Of a stretch of 28,091 nucleotides of DNA, positions 11,101 to 18,438 are shown piece after piece. How positions within the stretch are numbered: the stretch's first letter is position 1; every line of letters begins with the position of its first letter. The DNA is from a virus (taxonomy: Duplodnaviria; Caudoviricetes), in IMG/VR virus record IMGVR_UViG_3300037585_001476, positions 1 through 28,091 of that record. One strand, written 5' to 3'. A program made the position numbers and the translations under genes. The notes beneath the pieces are model-generated. The model had not been told where the DNA came from and did not search any database. It saw only the letters and a program-made list of their open reading frames with translations.

Positions 11101-14100
11101 AGAAAAGTCTTACGGGAAAAAATATCCAGACATGACACCAGCCCAGCTTGAAGAAGTTCTAGCAGAGGAGTGGTTTGCTGAAGGTATGGCTAACTATCTT
11201 GGTCAACGGGTTATGCGTGGCGATGTTATGAAAAGCATGTTGTCTGGCAGTATGGATAATATCCGTCTTAAAAATTCATTCGAGAGAGCCATTGATAGAA
11301 TGGTCGAGTATATCTCCTACGTTGTTAATGGATTGATTGGACGCAAAGATATCAAGCAACAGTTCAGACGACTAACAATCTACGGAGATATGCTTGAGGC
11401 ATCTAATAAATCTCCACTGGCTCGTGTTGATGTTAAAGAACCTGCCGTATCTCCCACTTATGTTACTGCATACGCACACGATATTATACGACAGAGCAAG
11501 GACTCTAAGAAAGCGGCGATCAGTAAATACACAGCCAATGGTAAGCATTCGGTTAATGATGATGGAACGCCAACCATTTACTATCATGGCACACCTAATG
11601 GAGCACCATTCAAAGACTCTCAGGTCGTGATGCGTCAGGGTGGCGGTATGATGGGGTCTGGTATTTATATTTCTCCAAGCAGTAGAGCAGTCGAAGGTAC
11701 TTATGCAAGGCGACCAACCCAATCGGCTGTGAGAAGAATGATTGATGATGGAGACTTTGACGAAAAAACAAAAGATGATCTCATTTGGCAGAATGAAAGA
11801 CTGCATTCAGACAGAGAAAAAATTGCATCTGAAAGAAGGAGATTGGCAGACGTACAGAATGAGGTTGAAACTCATAACGATACTGTTGAGAGATTGAGAA
11901 ATGCTCTGGAAGAAGATGACCTAGCAGATTTGAATGTAGAACTAAGATCTATTACACAAAGACGAAAGCAGATCCAAGACAATTTGGATTACCTTCTATA
12001 TTCAGAGAAGATGTCAATGAAGATTCTGGATGATGCTGGCTTAAATTTCGAACCCACCGTCCTTCCTCTCATAACAAGAATGAAGAACACTTTCGATCTC
12101 GGTAAAAATATCTGGAGAGTGGGTGATGACGGCAATGGAGTAAATTATTCGAATACTCACAACGTAGGTAGAGAGGATACGAATGCGGCCTTGAATGCAA
12201 TCATGCGAGTGACAAACAATTTCGAAGGCGGCAACATGGCAGACTTCCAGAAAGCTGTCGAAGAAAACTTTGGGGCTTCAAAGACGGGAGTTGCTGGGCA
12301 AGTAGCATATAATTCCTACATTAAGACAATAATGAGAGGAGATAGTTCTCTCACTGAAGAGCAAGCTAAAGAGATATTCAGGGAAGCTCTTGAAGATGCT
12401 GGGTATGACAGTATGAGAGCACCACATAGAAACAGAATTAACAGAGACAAGGTATCTGATAGTGACGATTATCGTGCTGGCGAAGAGGTGGATTATGATG
12501 CCTTTGTGATATTCAATCCAGAGAATGTGAAGCATGTTAACGCAGAGTTCTTTGATGCCGAAGACGCTCGTCTGTATTACAGGGACTTTGAAGGGTCTGC
12601 TAAAGGTTTCAATGGCGGAGCGGCAATGGCTATGGCTGACGGACAGACGAGTAAGCTAGATACCACGAATACGGTAGACATGCTACAGGCGGTTGAAGAC
12701 GAAGGCGTATCTCCCCCAATGGTAGACGCTATGTCTAGCATTATAAGACAAAGAGACTTAACCCCTGTTCAAGAGCAAGCAGTAAGAAAACAAGGGCCAT
12801 TCGCATGGCTTCAAGCTCAGTCAACACGCATGGAATCAATGGGTATGAACTGGTTAGGTGGCTGGTACAAGCAACATTTCCCAGACCAGCACCAGACTTT
12901 TGCATCTAAATATATGCCTATTCATAATATGTTGCGTGGTCTTCCAGGGGCAGACGGAAAGGTGCGGGCGTGGGCTCGGTCTGCGTCTGGCTCGGTCTGG
13001 CAAAAACAGCCCCAGGCATACAGGAAAATTGTTTCTGCACTTAGGCACGGGGCAGACAGCAGACAGGCAAAAGTTCTGACACCATCTGAAAGAGTAGTCT
13101 TTGATAAGATTAAAGATGAGTTCGCTAGAGAACACGCACGGATGAATGAAGCTGGTATGCACTATGTTGGTTGGAGAAAGAACTATATACCACAGGTTTG
13201 GAGCAGAGATAAGATTCAAAAGAATAGGGAAGAGTTCCTTGAAGGTATGATGGAGTATTATTTTCAGGAGCAAATTCAACTCCTTTCTGGTACTAGCAAT
13301 ATCTTGCAGAAAGACGACGCAAGAAAATTTGCTGAGAAAGTTTACCAGAGCCTGACCAGAGAGAGTGTAGATGGCGTTCAAGTACCAGAAAGTCCTAAGT
13401 CTCCTATCAGAGGATCTACTAAAAATCCTCAAGCAGAAAGCATAGACTTCAACAGACTGATCGAGTTGGAGAAATATCCTAGAGCTATGGAGATTATGGA
13501 GAAATTTCTTGAGGACGACCTTGAGTTCATGCTCGTTAAATACTTTGAAGGATCAACAAGAAGAATACTTCACACAAAGAAGTTTGGATTAAACTCTCAC
13601 GGCGTTGATGACTATCTTTATACAACTGAAAACGGAGCGAGGGGTATAGCTAAACTCCTATCAACTAATAAAGTATTTAATAAAGACTTTAGATCTGTAA
13701 CGACTGACGGTGTCCAAGAAGGAACACTAAGGTCTGAGGTATCTATGCCTTTTACTGGCAAGGATCAGGACGCTATTAAGTTTTCTGAAGAACTGGTGGA
13801 GGTTGCCAATACACAGGGCATACCAGCCGCAAGAGAAATGCTTAACTCCATCGCAATTAGGACACCTAGCGGTCAGATTGATAAGACATATACAGCCAGA
13901 GTTGAAGCGATACTTGGTGCATTGGAAGACCATAAGGGTAATAAGACACTATTGGAGAATGACAATGCTAAGTTTATTGAGAATGCTATGCGAGTGTCTA
14001 GGAAAGATAGTCTCAATGACTTTGGTGGTAAGGCAGGTCTGAGAGTTTCTCGTGGCCTAAGAAGTTTTAACAATGTAACCCTGCTTGGCTTTACTACGCT

Positions 14101-15310
14101 AACATCATTGGGCGACCTTGTTCTCCCAATCGTAAGGTCTGGCTCTGTGACAGACTGGATGAAAGCCGTTAAGACACTGGCTCTTGATCCAGATTATAAG
14201 AGAGCTTTGTCTGAAGTTGGTGTGGCAATGGAGAACATTACGCATGAGCGTATGTTAAATATGTATGGTGCGGTAGATAGTAAATTATCTAATGCCTTCT
14301 TCAACGCTACAATGCTAACGCCTTGGACAGACATGAACCGACAGATCGCAGGTGCATTGGCTCACCAGACATTCATTACGCACCAGAAGAAAGCGTTAAG
14401 ATCTTATGTTAAAGGCAAGCCAGTTAGTGAACAGCCTAGAGAATATAAACTAGCCTACAGATACATGAAGAACTTTGGCCTCGAAGATTATCTTGAGGGT
14501 GGATCAAAAAGTAGAGTTAGTCTAAGCGATAGATCTCTTCTTGGCACAGATGACTCTTTACGCAAAGCAATGATAAGGTTTGCAGACGAGAGTATCTTCC
14601 AGCCTAACGCAAACGATGCTCCTCTATTTGCACAGACACCACTGGGAGCTTTAGCGTTCCAGCTTAAATCATTCCCGTTAATGATGAGCCGTCTGGCAGG
14701 TCATGTGATTAGAGAAGCACAGATTGGCAAGCTACTCAAAGGAGACGCAAGCGAGTCAAACATAAAGCCCCTACTCTACTTCCTTTCACTCGGCCCAACT
14801 TTCGGTATGGGTGCATTGGCAGTGAAAGACATTGTGCAAATGCGAGGTGGCGAGGACGAGCAATCACCACAGTTGAGAGTTAGAAATGCTCTGAAGACAG
14901 CAGGGTATGATGAAAAAATTCACGGTAACGAAGTTGATTTCTTAGGCTGGTATCTTGAGGGAATGTTGCAAATGGGTGGCGTTGGTCTGCTCGGTGACAT
15001 CTTACACTCAGCGGTTACACAGGCAGACAATGGTTCTTATGGACAGACAAGGTTCTTGCAGACATTAGGTGGCCCAAGTGTTGGCCTGATTACAGCAGGT
15101 CTGTCTGTACTCGGCGGCGGCATGGACTCCGCATTCGGTTCATCAGAAAGTAATTCAAAAGAGAGAACTGCCGTTAGGGAAATCGCAACCCGTATTCCAG
15201 TTGTTGGAGGTGTCAAACGAGCAAGAGAAGGAATAGTTAACTCCGTCGCAGGTGAACCCACAGGAAATAATTCGTCTGGCTGGGGTAGCTGGGGAGGTAA
15301 ATGGAGTTGA
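5165..15310 (+). CDS. Giant polyvalent internal virion protein, 3381 aa (zincin-like peptidase, ART-like domain, ejection-protein-like C-terminus)
   Basis: HEIGH at 10994 plus EEWFAE at 11165; YHGT (11582), GIYIS (11660), GYDSM (12401) and VIFNPENVK motifs; Gly/Ala hydrophobic segments near both ends; NYIPQVW and FQLKSFP motifs in the C-terminal part. Confidence 0.8.
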   Translation: MTFKKVTFDLTDPKDQTTSQTADLGYASNVDRRSILKDPRFIKDLQDRYDPLQQLSDEDLINKFYSDENWAQLNTIGAVGRMMEGGGDTDEEKMRNARLTTVWDNLPNFYQEGGRGWGAVPDIAKSVLADPINLIGGIAAKGVSQAAMRTTTALGRSAPVKSFLKGVTTGAATEGAISGGQEALINVSEQGYRQDIGLQQEFDWNQFAQATAFGTALGGAVGGAIGIPSAISGVRQGAREAQTLSRSDLSPEEIASLTNRRASEEINFLNQKESGLILPAPKTDEPKIGAEAEVEVEPVPKTSTDEILGELDGQQPVFQQQLNEARIAQEAIVEDGLENTTLGREIAKDVSRAEVNKEIVERLKNEQDQISALMQSNKVADQKMAKAMQAALDADVAHARVAAKKGDALTSEAILTSAKKRAKKIDEQAKKASAKKARGKGKGSASTTTDEAELATEDGSGPSSTDDSSVTTEDIEADEARVADLRENNPEGYKKEMTPVVNTLISGEPDASKIKRKLKKAKTSDDVDKIIDEVSERLQTKVEDPDKASAPKLPEVNWGGKAGQGGQKSVDEQLAKAGFTPEQADQWLKENIANGNIATNEKGVIKLGKQGATKTVRQLLKDTEAPAVKVEGEPSVAEEIAKIAEDNRKVTDPEKMAEIIKAQAKRNLPSKSQEEIDSVYDTLMSGGEKQRLADDQTILNAKFKGDEEKEFIKAVRDLQKNEADYKKDLTEEELADYEPMSMEQMKLNAKKVVLAQRAEKGLKSPRNVTNAIERASILEGAGRTESGKIQSFLKWDSKRVGLGSKEQTFVGNRMNDIGSALAEATRRKNSKGENVETLRKKLERLRSPKKIEEVEQEIARIESESLLVPFQADKSTPNVIKEITEGPNKGRVDFRHTAKKGEILYANGRDGKIYADEATAELVSQKKPSLVSEVLEKNPAVKGNKLLFIKKKDGTGKLPYRLASKKQAETGEGIKSLLGKQNPDDWEVRYIEESKVPTGSRSNINALAKLWDEAGEEPSASDGQGVIRFVGDETGNGMATPVENLAESPLDVSKLNEQQRTAFNRRNTRQALGDPTLSDVQHAIDSIDNGEFPTKGNKTELAILISDLEQLYSIQRDLIPGGIVRKASDREKIINKIEKIMQDADPEVAVVVKNTLAFIGGDPLKAPRIVTTEGGDQGWSYANGNIRMGDREKVSADHTFFHAVAQWSYDNILTPEDRMLFWNALSRDIATKGKAKAKIPVLDRYAETETGLARKIWADQFASWAFDNRSHGIFSDHKTNVYNEHYWQKMSKIQRASVDRYFSGANIAPELEGLFSKVLPEQVRSIKKIGVISDDPKTKKGMVVKGFQVRLEMAVDEIQRAIRVYQDPEGNPEELVNAARGFRSLLASAFPNRDVGSKSTAMKNTLSWLRPLDKVARGRFADLNYIMAEKGGLVQQLRAKQDELGQIRDDALQEADSPEAIELKAKYIEELFEHGHADLLKGGSNARPYGGEQTSYTTLNELIRLMREYSDIEYKKAEGASRADEFVNLRTGMVSRKPSFEIRTKEGRKIKVANRAADNDANKVIKTPANKRKSATNKKPRMDNVTEATQRSYGDKSIPELREIYKKNKDTQLGDQVAWLMWQKKNAEPEPEYFTQIHYEQSADDIQVMKEEGPEAGSPEAIAEDKAIQEELADIKAKNDGGRYKEFYDEEASVLFIVELPDNLKAQAKREWGKTKSIKDIDTWLAKYRNIWDQQQASPPMDQASPPMDLAPRSMWKTTKELRKLQKNELVELWKNGAETGFFTHGNIEWPIHAVEWEIHRRGITDTYKKLDKPVPKYLRQRIRTELSNGVGIATEDGIPPSAPISTKTILSYMSHRDPEVQYTMRTMLHRMMNLMGKNVENTLGETNVMDGSDIARLAKVDPAGMKNVSVDFRSDTFNKLRSDLRKISIGLTKGNSNPFDAVHEIGHTMVRGGMLPKEEMDAVIELYRAADDTIKSNVEKSYGKKYPDMTPAQLEEVLAEEWFAEGMANYLGQRVMRGDVMKSMLSGSMDNIRLKNSFERAIDRMVEYISYVVNGLIGRKDIKQQFRRLTIYGDMLEASNKSPLARVDVKEPAVSPTYVTAYAHDIIRQSKDSKKAAISKYTANGKHSVNDDGTPTIYYHGTPNGAPFKDSQVVMRQGGGMMGSGIYISPSSRAVEGTYARRPTQSAVRRMIDDGDFDEKTKDDLIWQNERLHSDREKIASERRRLADVQNEVETHNDTVERLRNALEEDDLADLNVELRSITQRRKQIQDNLDYLLYSEKMSMKILDDAGLNFEPTVLPLITRMKNTFDLGKNIWRVGDDGNGVNYSNTHNVGREDTNAALNAIMRVTNNFEGGNMADFQKAVEENFGASKTGVAGQVAYNSYIKTIMRGDSSLTEEQAKEIFREALEDAGYDSMRAPHRNRINRDKVSDSDDYRAGEEVDYDAFVIFNPENVKHVNAEFFDAEDARLYYRDFEGSAKGFNGGAAMAMADGQTSKLDTTNTVDMLQAVEDEGVSPPMVDAMSSIIRQRDLTPVQEQAVRKQGPFAWLQAQSTRMESMGMNWLGGWYKQHFPDQHQTFASKYMPIHNMLRGLPGADGKVRAWARSASGSVWQKQPQAYRKIVSALRHGADSRQAKVLTPSERVVFDKIKDEFAREHARMNEAGMHYVGWRKNYIPQVWSRDKIQKNREEFLEGMMEYYFQEQIQLLSGTSNILQKDDARKFAEKVYQSLTRESVDGVQVPESPKSPIRGSTKNPQAESIDFNRLIELEKYPRAMEIMEKFLEDDLEFMLVKYFEGSTRRILHTKKFGLNSHGVDDYLYTTENGARGIAKLLSTNKVFNKDFRSVTTDGVQEGTLRSEVSMPFTGKDQDAIKFSEELVEVANTQGIPAAREMLNSIAIRTPSGQIDKTYTARVEAILGALEDHKGNKTLLENDNAKFIENAMRVSRKDSLNDFGGKAGLRVSRGLRSFNNVTLLGFTTLTSLGDLVLPIVRSGSVTDWMKAVKTLALDPDYKRALSEVGVAMENITHERMLNMYGAVDSKLSNAFFNATMLTPWTDMNRQIAGALAHQTFITHQKKALRSYVKGKPVSEQPREYKLAYRYMKNFGLEDYLEGGSKSRVSLSDRSLLGTDDSLRKAMIRFADESIFQPNANDAPLFAQTPLGALAFQLKSFPLMMSRLAGHVIREAQIGKLLKGDASESNIKPLLYFLSLGPTFGMGALAVKDIVQMRGGEDEQSPQLRVRNALKTAGYDEKIHGNEVDFLGWYLEGMLQMGGVGLLGDILHSAVTQADNGSYGQTRFLQTLGGPSVGLITAGLSVLGGGMDSAFGSSESNSKERTAVREIATRIPVVGGVKRAREGIVNSVAGEPTGNNSSGWGSWGGKWS
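10370..10411 (+). repeat. 21-bp in-frame tandem duplication (QASPPMD x2)
   Basis: CAAGCGTCCCCCCCGATGGAT then CAAGCGTCTCCCCCAATGGAT, 19/21 identical. Confidence 0.9.
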
Positions 15311-15648
15311 CGAAGAAGCTCGACCCCAAGTCTCGCTTCAGCAAAGCTGATACGAATGGGGACAATATCCTGACAGACGAAGAGCTTGACGCTGAACTGG
15401 ATCGAGAAGAACGTCGTATTCGTATGGAGAATAGTGACAAGAAGGAAGACCAGATAAGATTGCTTATCTGGTTTCAATCCATAGCAACCGTAATCTTTGT
15501 CGCAATACTAACAATACCAGAGGTCGTTCCAGAAAGCAGACTAGATGATTTGGTCGGTGTTGCAACGACATTCATACTTAGCCAGTTAGGAATAATCGGT
15601 GGGTATGTTGGTGCTAATGCTTGGGCTAAATCGAAGGAGGAAAGATAA
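15301..15648 (+). CDS. EF-hand-containing two-TM membrane protein (possible holin/antiholin)
   Basis: GGAGG SD; 12-residue loop DTNGDNILTDEE; two hydrophobic helices; stop overlaps the holin start (TAATG). Confidence 0.7.
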   Translation: MELTKKLDPKSRFSKADTNGDNILTDEELDAELDREERRIRMENSDKKEDQIRLLIWFQSIATVIFVAILTIPEVVPESRLDDLVGVATTFILSQLGIIGGYVGANAWAKSKEER

Positions 15649-16007
15649 TGCTTAAAGATTTAATTAACCCAGTCGCAGGGTTGCTTGATAAATTTGTAGA
15701 AGACAAAGACCAAAAGGCAATGCTTGCCCATGAGATAGCAACGATGGCTGATAAACAAGTCATGGCTCAGTTGGAAATAAATAAAGAAGATGCGAAGGGG
15801 AATTGGTTTCAGTCAAGCTGGCGACCATTGACTGCTTACGTCTGTCTTACAGGATTTGTTATGAATTATTTGGTCAGCCCCCTAGCCGCACCATTTGGTG
15901 TTGTCATTCCACAAGTGGATGTATCCATGATGATTCCGATTTTGACAGGAATGTTGGGTCTTGCAACATTACGCTCCTACGAGCGTGTGAAAAGCGTAGG
16001 CAAATAA
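15648..16007 (+). CDS. Holin, 3TM gene-transfer-release family
   Basis: AAGGAGG SD; GLLDKFV, QLEINK and SSWRP motifs, TM segments, GMLGL..LRSYE end; upstream of the endolysin. Confidence 0.85.
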   Translation: MLKDLINPVAGLLDKFVEDKDQKAMLAHEIATMADKQVMAQLEINKEDAKGNWFQSSWRPLTAYVCLTGFVMNYLVSPLAAPFGVVIPQVDVSMMIPILTGMLGLATLRSYERVKSVGK

Positions 16008-16020
16008 GAAAGGTAAAACA

Positions 16021-16101
16021 ATGAGAAGATATTTAAAAAGAATTTGGTGTGCGTTGCTCAACAAAAAATGCAACGAGAATTGTAACTGTGTGAAGGAGTA
16101 A
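16021..16101 (+). CDS. 26-aa cationic Cys-rich peptide (MRRYLKRIWCALLNKKCNENCNCVKE)
   Basis: AAGGT SD; fills the holin-endolysin gap exactly; too short for the ORF track. Confidence 0.65.
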   Translation: MRRYLKRIWCALLNKKCNENCNCVKE

Positions 16102-16104
16102 GGT

Positions 16105-16575
16105 ATGACCTTTAAACTATCTCAAAGAAGTCTGGGTAGACTGGACGGCGTAAAGAATGAACTGTTCTCAGTTGTTACCTCGGCGATCTCCCAGAGTTCT
16201 GTGGACTTCGGAGTCATTTCGGGGATGAGAACTCAAGCAGAACAGGACGATTTAGTAGCTCGTGGAGCAAGCCAGACGAGGAAGAGCAAGCACCTTACGG
16301 GAGATGCTGTCGATTTAATGGCGTATGTTTCCGTGAATGGAAAGTCACGAGCTTCTTGGGAGTTGAATCTGTACGACGATATTGCAGACGCAATGGCTAA
16401 AGCGGCAAGGGAAAAAGGTATTAAGATAAGGTGGGGTGGAGCTTGGTCTGTTGACTCAATCGGTGAGTACGAAGGAACAATGGAAGAAGCGATGAATGAA
16501 TACATTGATCTCCGAAGGTCAGAAGGCAGACGGCCTTTTATAGACGGCCCACATTTCGAAATCATGCCTCATTGA
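16105..16575 (+). CDS. Endolysin, peptidase M15 family (L-Ala-D-Glu peptidase-like)
   Basis: GMRTQAEQ, SKHLTGDAVD, IRWGG and DGPHFE motifs supply the Zn ligands H, D, H. Confidence 0.9.
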   Translation: MTFKLSQRSLGRLDGVKNELFSVVTSAISQSSVDFGVISGMRTQAEQDDLVARGASQTRKSKHLTGDAVDLMAYVSVNGKSRASWELNLYDDIADAMAKAAREKGIKIRWGGAWSVDSIGEYEGTMEEAMNEYIDLRRSEGRRPFIDGPHFEIMPH

Positions 16576-16808
16576 TGTGGCTATCCATCATTATGTTCTG
16601 TTCGTCTGTTCAAGCTGAGTCTTGCATGGTGGTTACTCGGAAAGATTTATTACCGACACAAGAGGAATGTTTCAATGTTTCTGTCAGCAAAGCACAGATA
16701 ATCTCAGACGACGAGGACATATATTATGTCCAGCCTATGTGTCAGAACATTTATGTTGGCAAGAAGATAATGGTTGGTGGCAGGTATAACATTTGGAACT
16801 TTAGATGA
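16575..16808 (+). CDS. Small exported Cys-containing hypothetical protein
   Basis: ATG overlaps the endolysin TGA; hydrophobic N-terminus, 4 Cys. Confidence 0.6.
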   Translation: MWLSIIMFCSSVQAESCMVVTRKDLLPTQEECFNVSVSKAQIISDDEDIYYVQPMCQNIYVGKKIMVGGRYNIWNFR

Positions 16809-17086
16809 CTGAGCCAGACGAGGAACTAATTCAGGCAGACGAGAAACTAATACAGGCAGACGGCTTCGATGAAGCTGTGATCGGTGTCACAGACATTGGG
16901 TTTGATACCAGACGAATTGTGTATGACGCAGAAGAAGTTATAGATATCCTAATGACCCGTGACGGTATGTCTTGGGAAGATGCTTTAGAATATTACAACT
17001 TCAATATAGCTGGATCTTATGTTGGTAAAGCCACTCCACTTTTCATTTGGAGAATGACGATGAGAGAAATTGGAACTCTCGACTGA
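16805..17086 (+). CDS. Conserved phage hypothetical protein
   Basis: ATGA coupling; ADGFDEAVIG...EYYNFNIAGSYVG..TP pattern; begins with a 21-bp duplication (DEELIQA/DEKLIQA, 16815-16856). Confidence 0.75.
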   Translation: MTEPDEELIQADEKLIQADGFDEAVIGVTDIGFDTRRIVYDAEEVIDILMTRDGMSWEDALEYYNFNIAGSYVGKATPLFIWRMTMREIGTLD

Positions 17087-17216
17087 GGATAAAATACTTA
17101 TCTTCTTTGTATTCTTAGCCTATATATCTACACCAGAAGGTTTCAACTTCGTGCTTACCCACTATCCATTACTCCTTGGTTACATTAAAGAGAGGTACTT
17201 CGGATTTATTTTCTGA
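17070..17216 (+). CDS. Possible 48-aa membrane peptide
   Basis: TTG start, ILIFFVFLAYI hydrophobic run; fills the gap between convergent operons; SD weak. Confidence 0.3.
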   Translation: MELSTEDKILIFFVFLAYISTPEGFNFVLTHYPLLLGYIKERYFGFIF

Positions 17217-17483
17217 TCTCTGTTGAAATTCTCCACCGATTGCACCGTATCCACAGATGTCCAGCCAAGAATCAAATTTATCTGAATGGATAAGTCTGGC
17301 TGTCTTCATGGCTACCATACAAAGAATAACGTCTTTAACTGTAATATCTTTCTCAAGGATGACAGCCCATAGCTTTGCAATTCTTTCGTGGTTTTTGTAG
17401 GCATCTCCATAATCTTTTGCTCTGTCCCCATTAATTAATTCTTCTGCTTCACACAGAACTTCTGATCTATTCTTTTCACTCAT
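17169..17483 (-). CDS. DUF6378-like protein
   Basis: GDRAKDYGD, NHERIAKLW, KTAR and DSWLDICGY motifs. Confidence 0.8.
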   Translation of the reverse strand: MSEKNRSEVLCEAEELINGDRAKDYGDAYKNHERIAKLWAVILEKDITVKDVILCMVAMKTARLIHSDKFDSWLDICGYGAIGGEFQQRSENKSEVPLFNVTKE

Positions 17484-18304
17484 TGACCTTTTTCCTTTGG
17501 CTTATAAACTTTATATTCTTGGCAAGCGTGTATAGCTTCACGATCATGTTTGTCGCAGTGCCACCCTCCGTCCTCTCTTGGGAAAGCAAAGGCACATGTC
17601 TCACACCTCACTGGTGCTCCGAGCCCTTCCCAGCAAGCGGCTTTCTTAAAACAAAACCTACAACTGAAACTATCTGGGTTATCGCTGACCTTTGTGGCCT
17701 CTCCAGACATCACACGTTCAACCTTTGATAACAGAAAGTGGTAGTGTATGTCGTCATACTCGACTATCTCAGCACCATATTCTGACGTATTTTTGTTGAT
17801 AGCTACAAACACGGCTTCCTTGAAACCACTCATACCCATCATCATCTGCAACTGTGAATAATATTTAGGGTGTGCATCCTTCACCCCATTCTTTAAAAAC
17901 TTTTTGTGACTTGCGTCATTCATAGACTTGATCTCAAGTACTCGTACAATCTGATCGTCTGTCTCTATGTGTCCGTCCATGTGACAACTCACATGACCGC
18001 CGTATAGATGATAGGAATACTGACGACCAGTCATGCCGTCTACTTCCCACACTCTTACGTCTGCGTTCTCCTTTAGATCCTTAACAACAATGTCTTCAAG
18101 CAAATGACCCAACGCAAATATGCGTTGTGTCCTTGGGTTAATTTGTGGTTCGGGGAAACCTCTGAGTGAGAAAGCGAGTGCGGCATCACAAGGAGTACCT
18201 ACTCCACTAGCTCCAATGTATTGTCTGGCTTCTTGTATCTTTTTATTTCGATAGCCAATGTCAATCGCTTCAACTATATCTTCTGCCGTTCTAATCTTTT
18301 TCAT
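17480..18304 (-). CDS. Cas4-like PD-(D/E)XK exonuclease
   Basis: YIGAS...C, GHLLE, HMDG, LEIKS, YYSQLQ..M, CRFC..K..C plus a second C-terminal Cys cluster; GAGGAG SD. Confidence 0.85.
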   Translation of the reverse strand: MKKIRTAEDIVEAIDIGYRNKKIQEARQYIGASGVGTPCDAALAFSLRGFPEPQINPRTQRIFALGHLLEDIVVKDLKENADVRVWEVDGMTGRQYSYHLYGGHVSCHMDGHIETDDQIVRVLEIKSMNDASHKKFLKNGVKDAHPKYYSQLQMMMGMSGFKEAVFVAINKNTSEYGAEIVEYDDIHYHFLLSKVERVMSGEATKVSDNPDSFSCRFCFKKAACWEGLGAPVRCETCAFAFPREDGGWHCDKHDREAIHACQEYKVYKPKEKGQ

Positions 18305-18321
18305 AACTGCTCCTCAAATGA

Positions 18322-18438
18322 AACAGCCCAAGGAAAAGGGAGAGAACCTTGGGCTGTTATGTCGTGGATATGGGCATGATAAAACCCTCGCTCTCACGAC
18401 TTACGTTAGTCGTAGGGAAACCAATAAACTACGACTAA
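18322..18438 (-). other. Three tandem hairpins between the SSB-like and nuclease genes (possible structured RNA)
   Basis: AACAGCCCAAGG/CCTTGGGCTGTT (18322-18358), GTCGTG/CACGAC (18361-18400), TTAGTCGTAG/CTACGACTAA (18406-18438). Confidence 0.7.

Noticed and set aside
622-15477. Many antisense and alternate-frame ORFs over the virion genes
   Set aside because: Shadow ORFs of long coding regions, without SDs or recognisable motifs
16575-16808. Possible o-spanin lipoprotein
   Set aside because: No basic N-region or convincing lipobox, and no adjacent i-spanin candidate
16815-16862. 21-bp tandem duplication (DEELIQA/DEKLIQA)
   Set aside because: Real but most simply a slippage duplication at a tolerant N-terminus
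17480-18304. Cas4-like gene as a sign of CRISPR-Cas
   Set aside because: No repeat-spacer array or other cas genes seen; solo Cas4-like nucleases beside Sak4 and SSB are ordinary phage recombination genes
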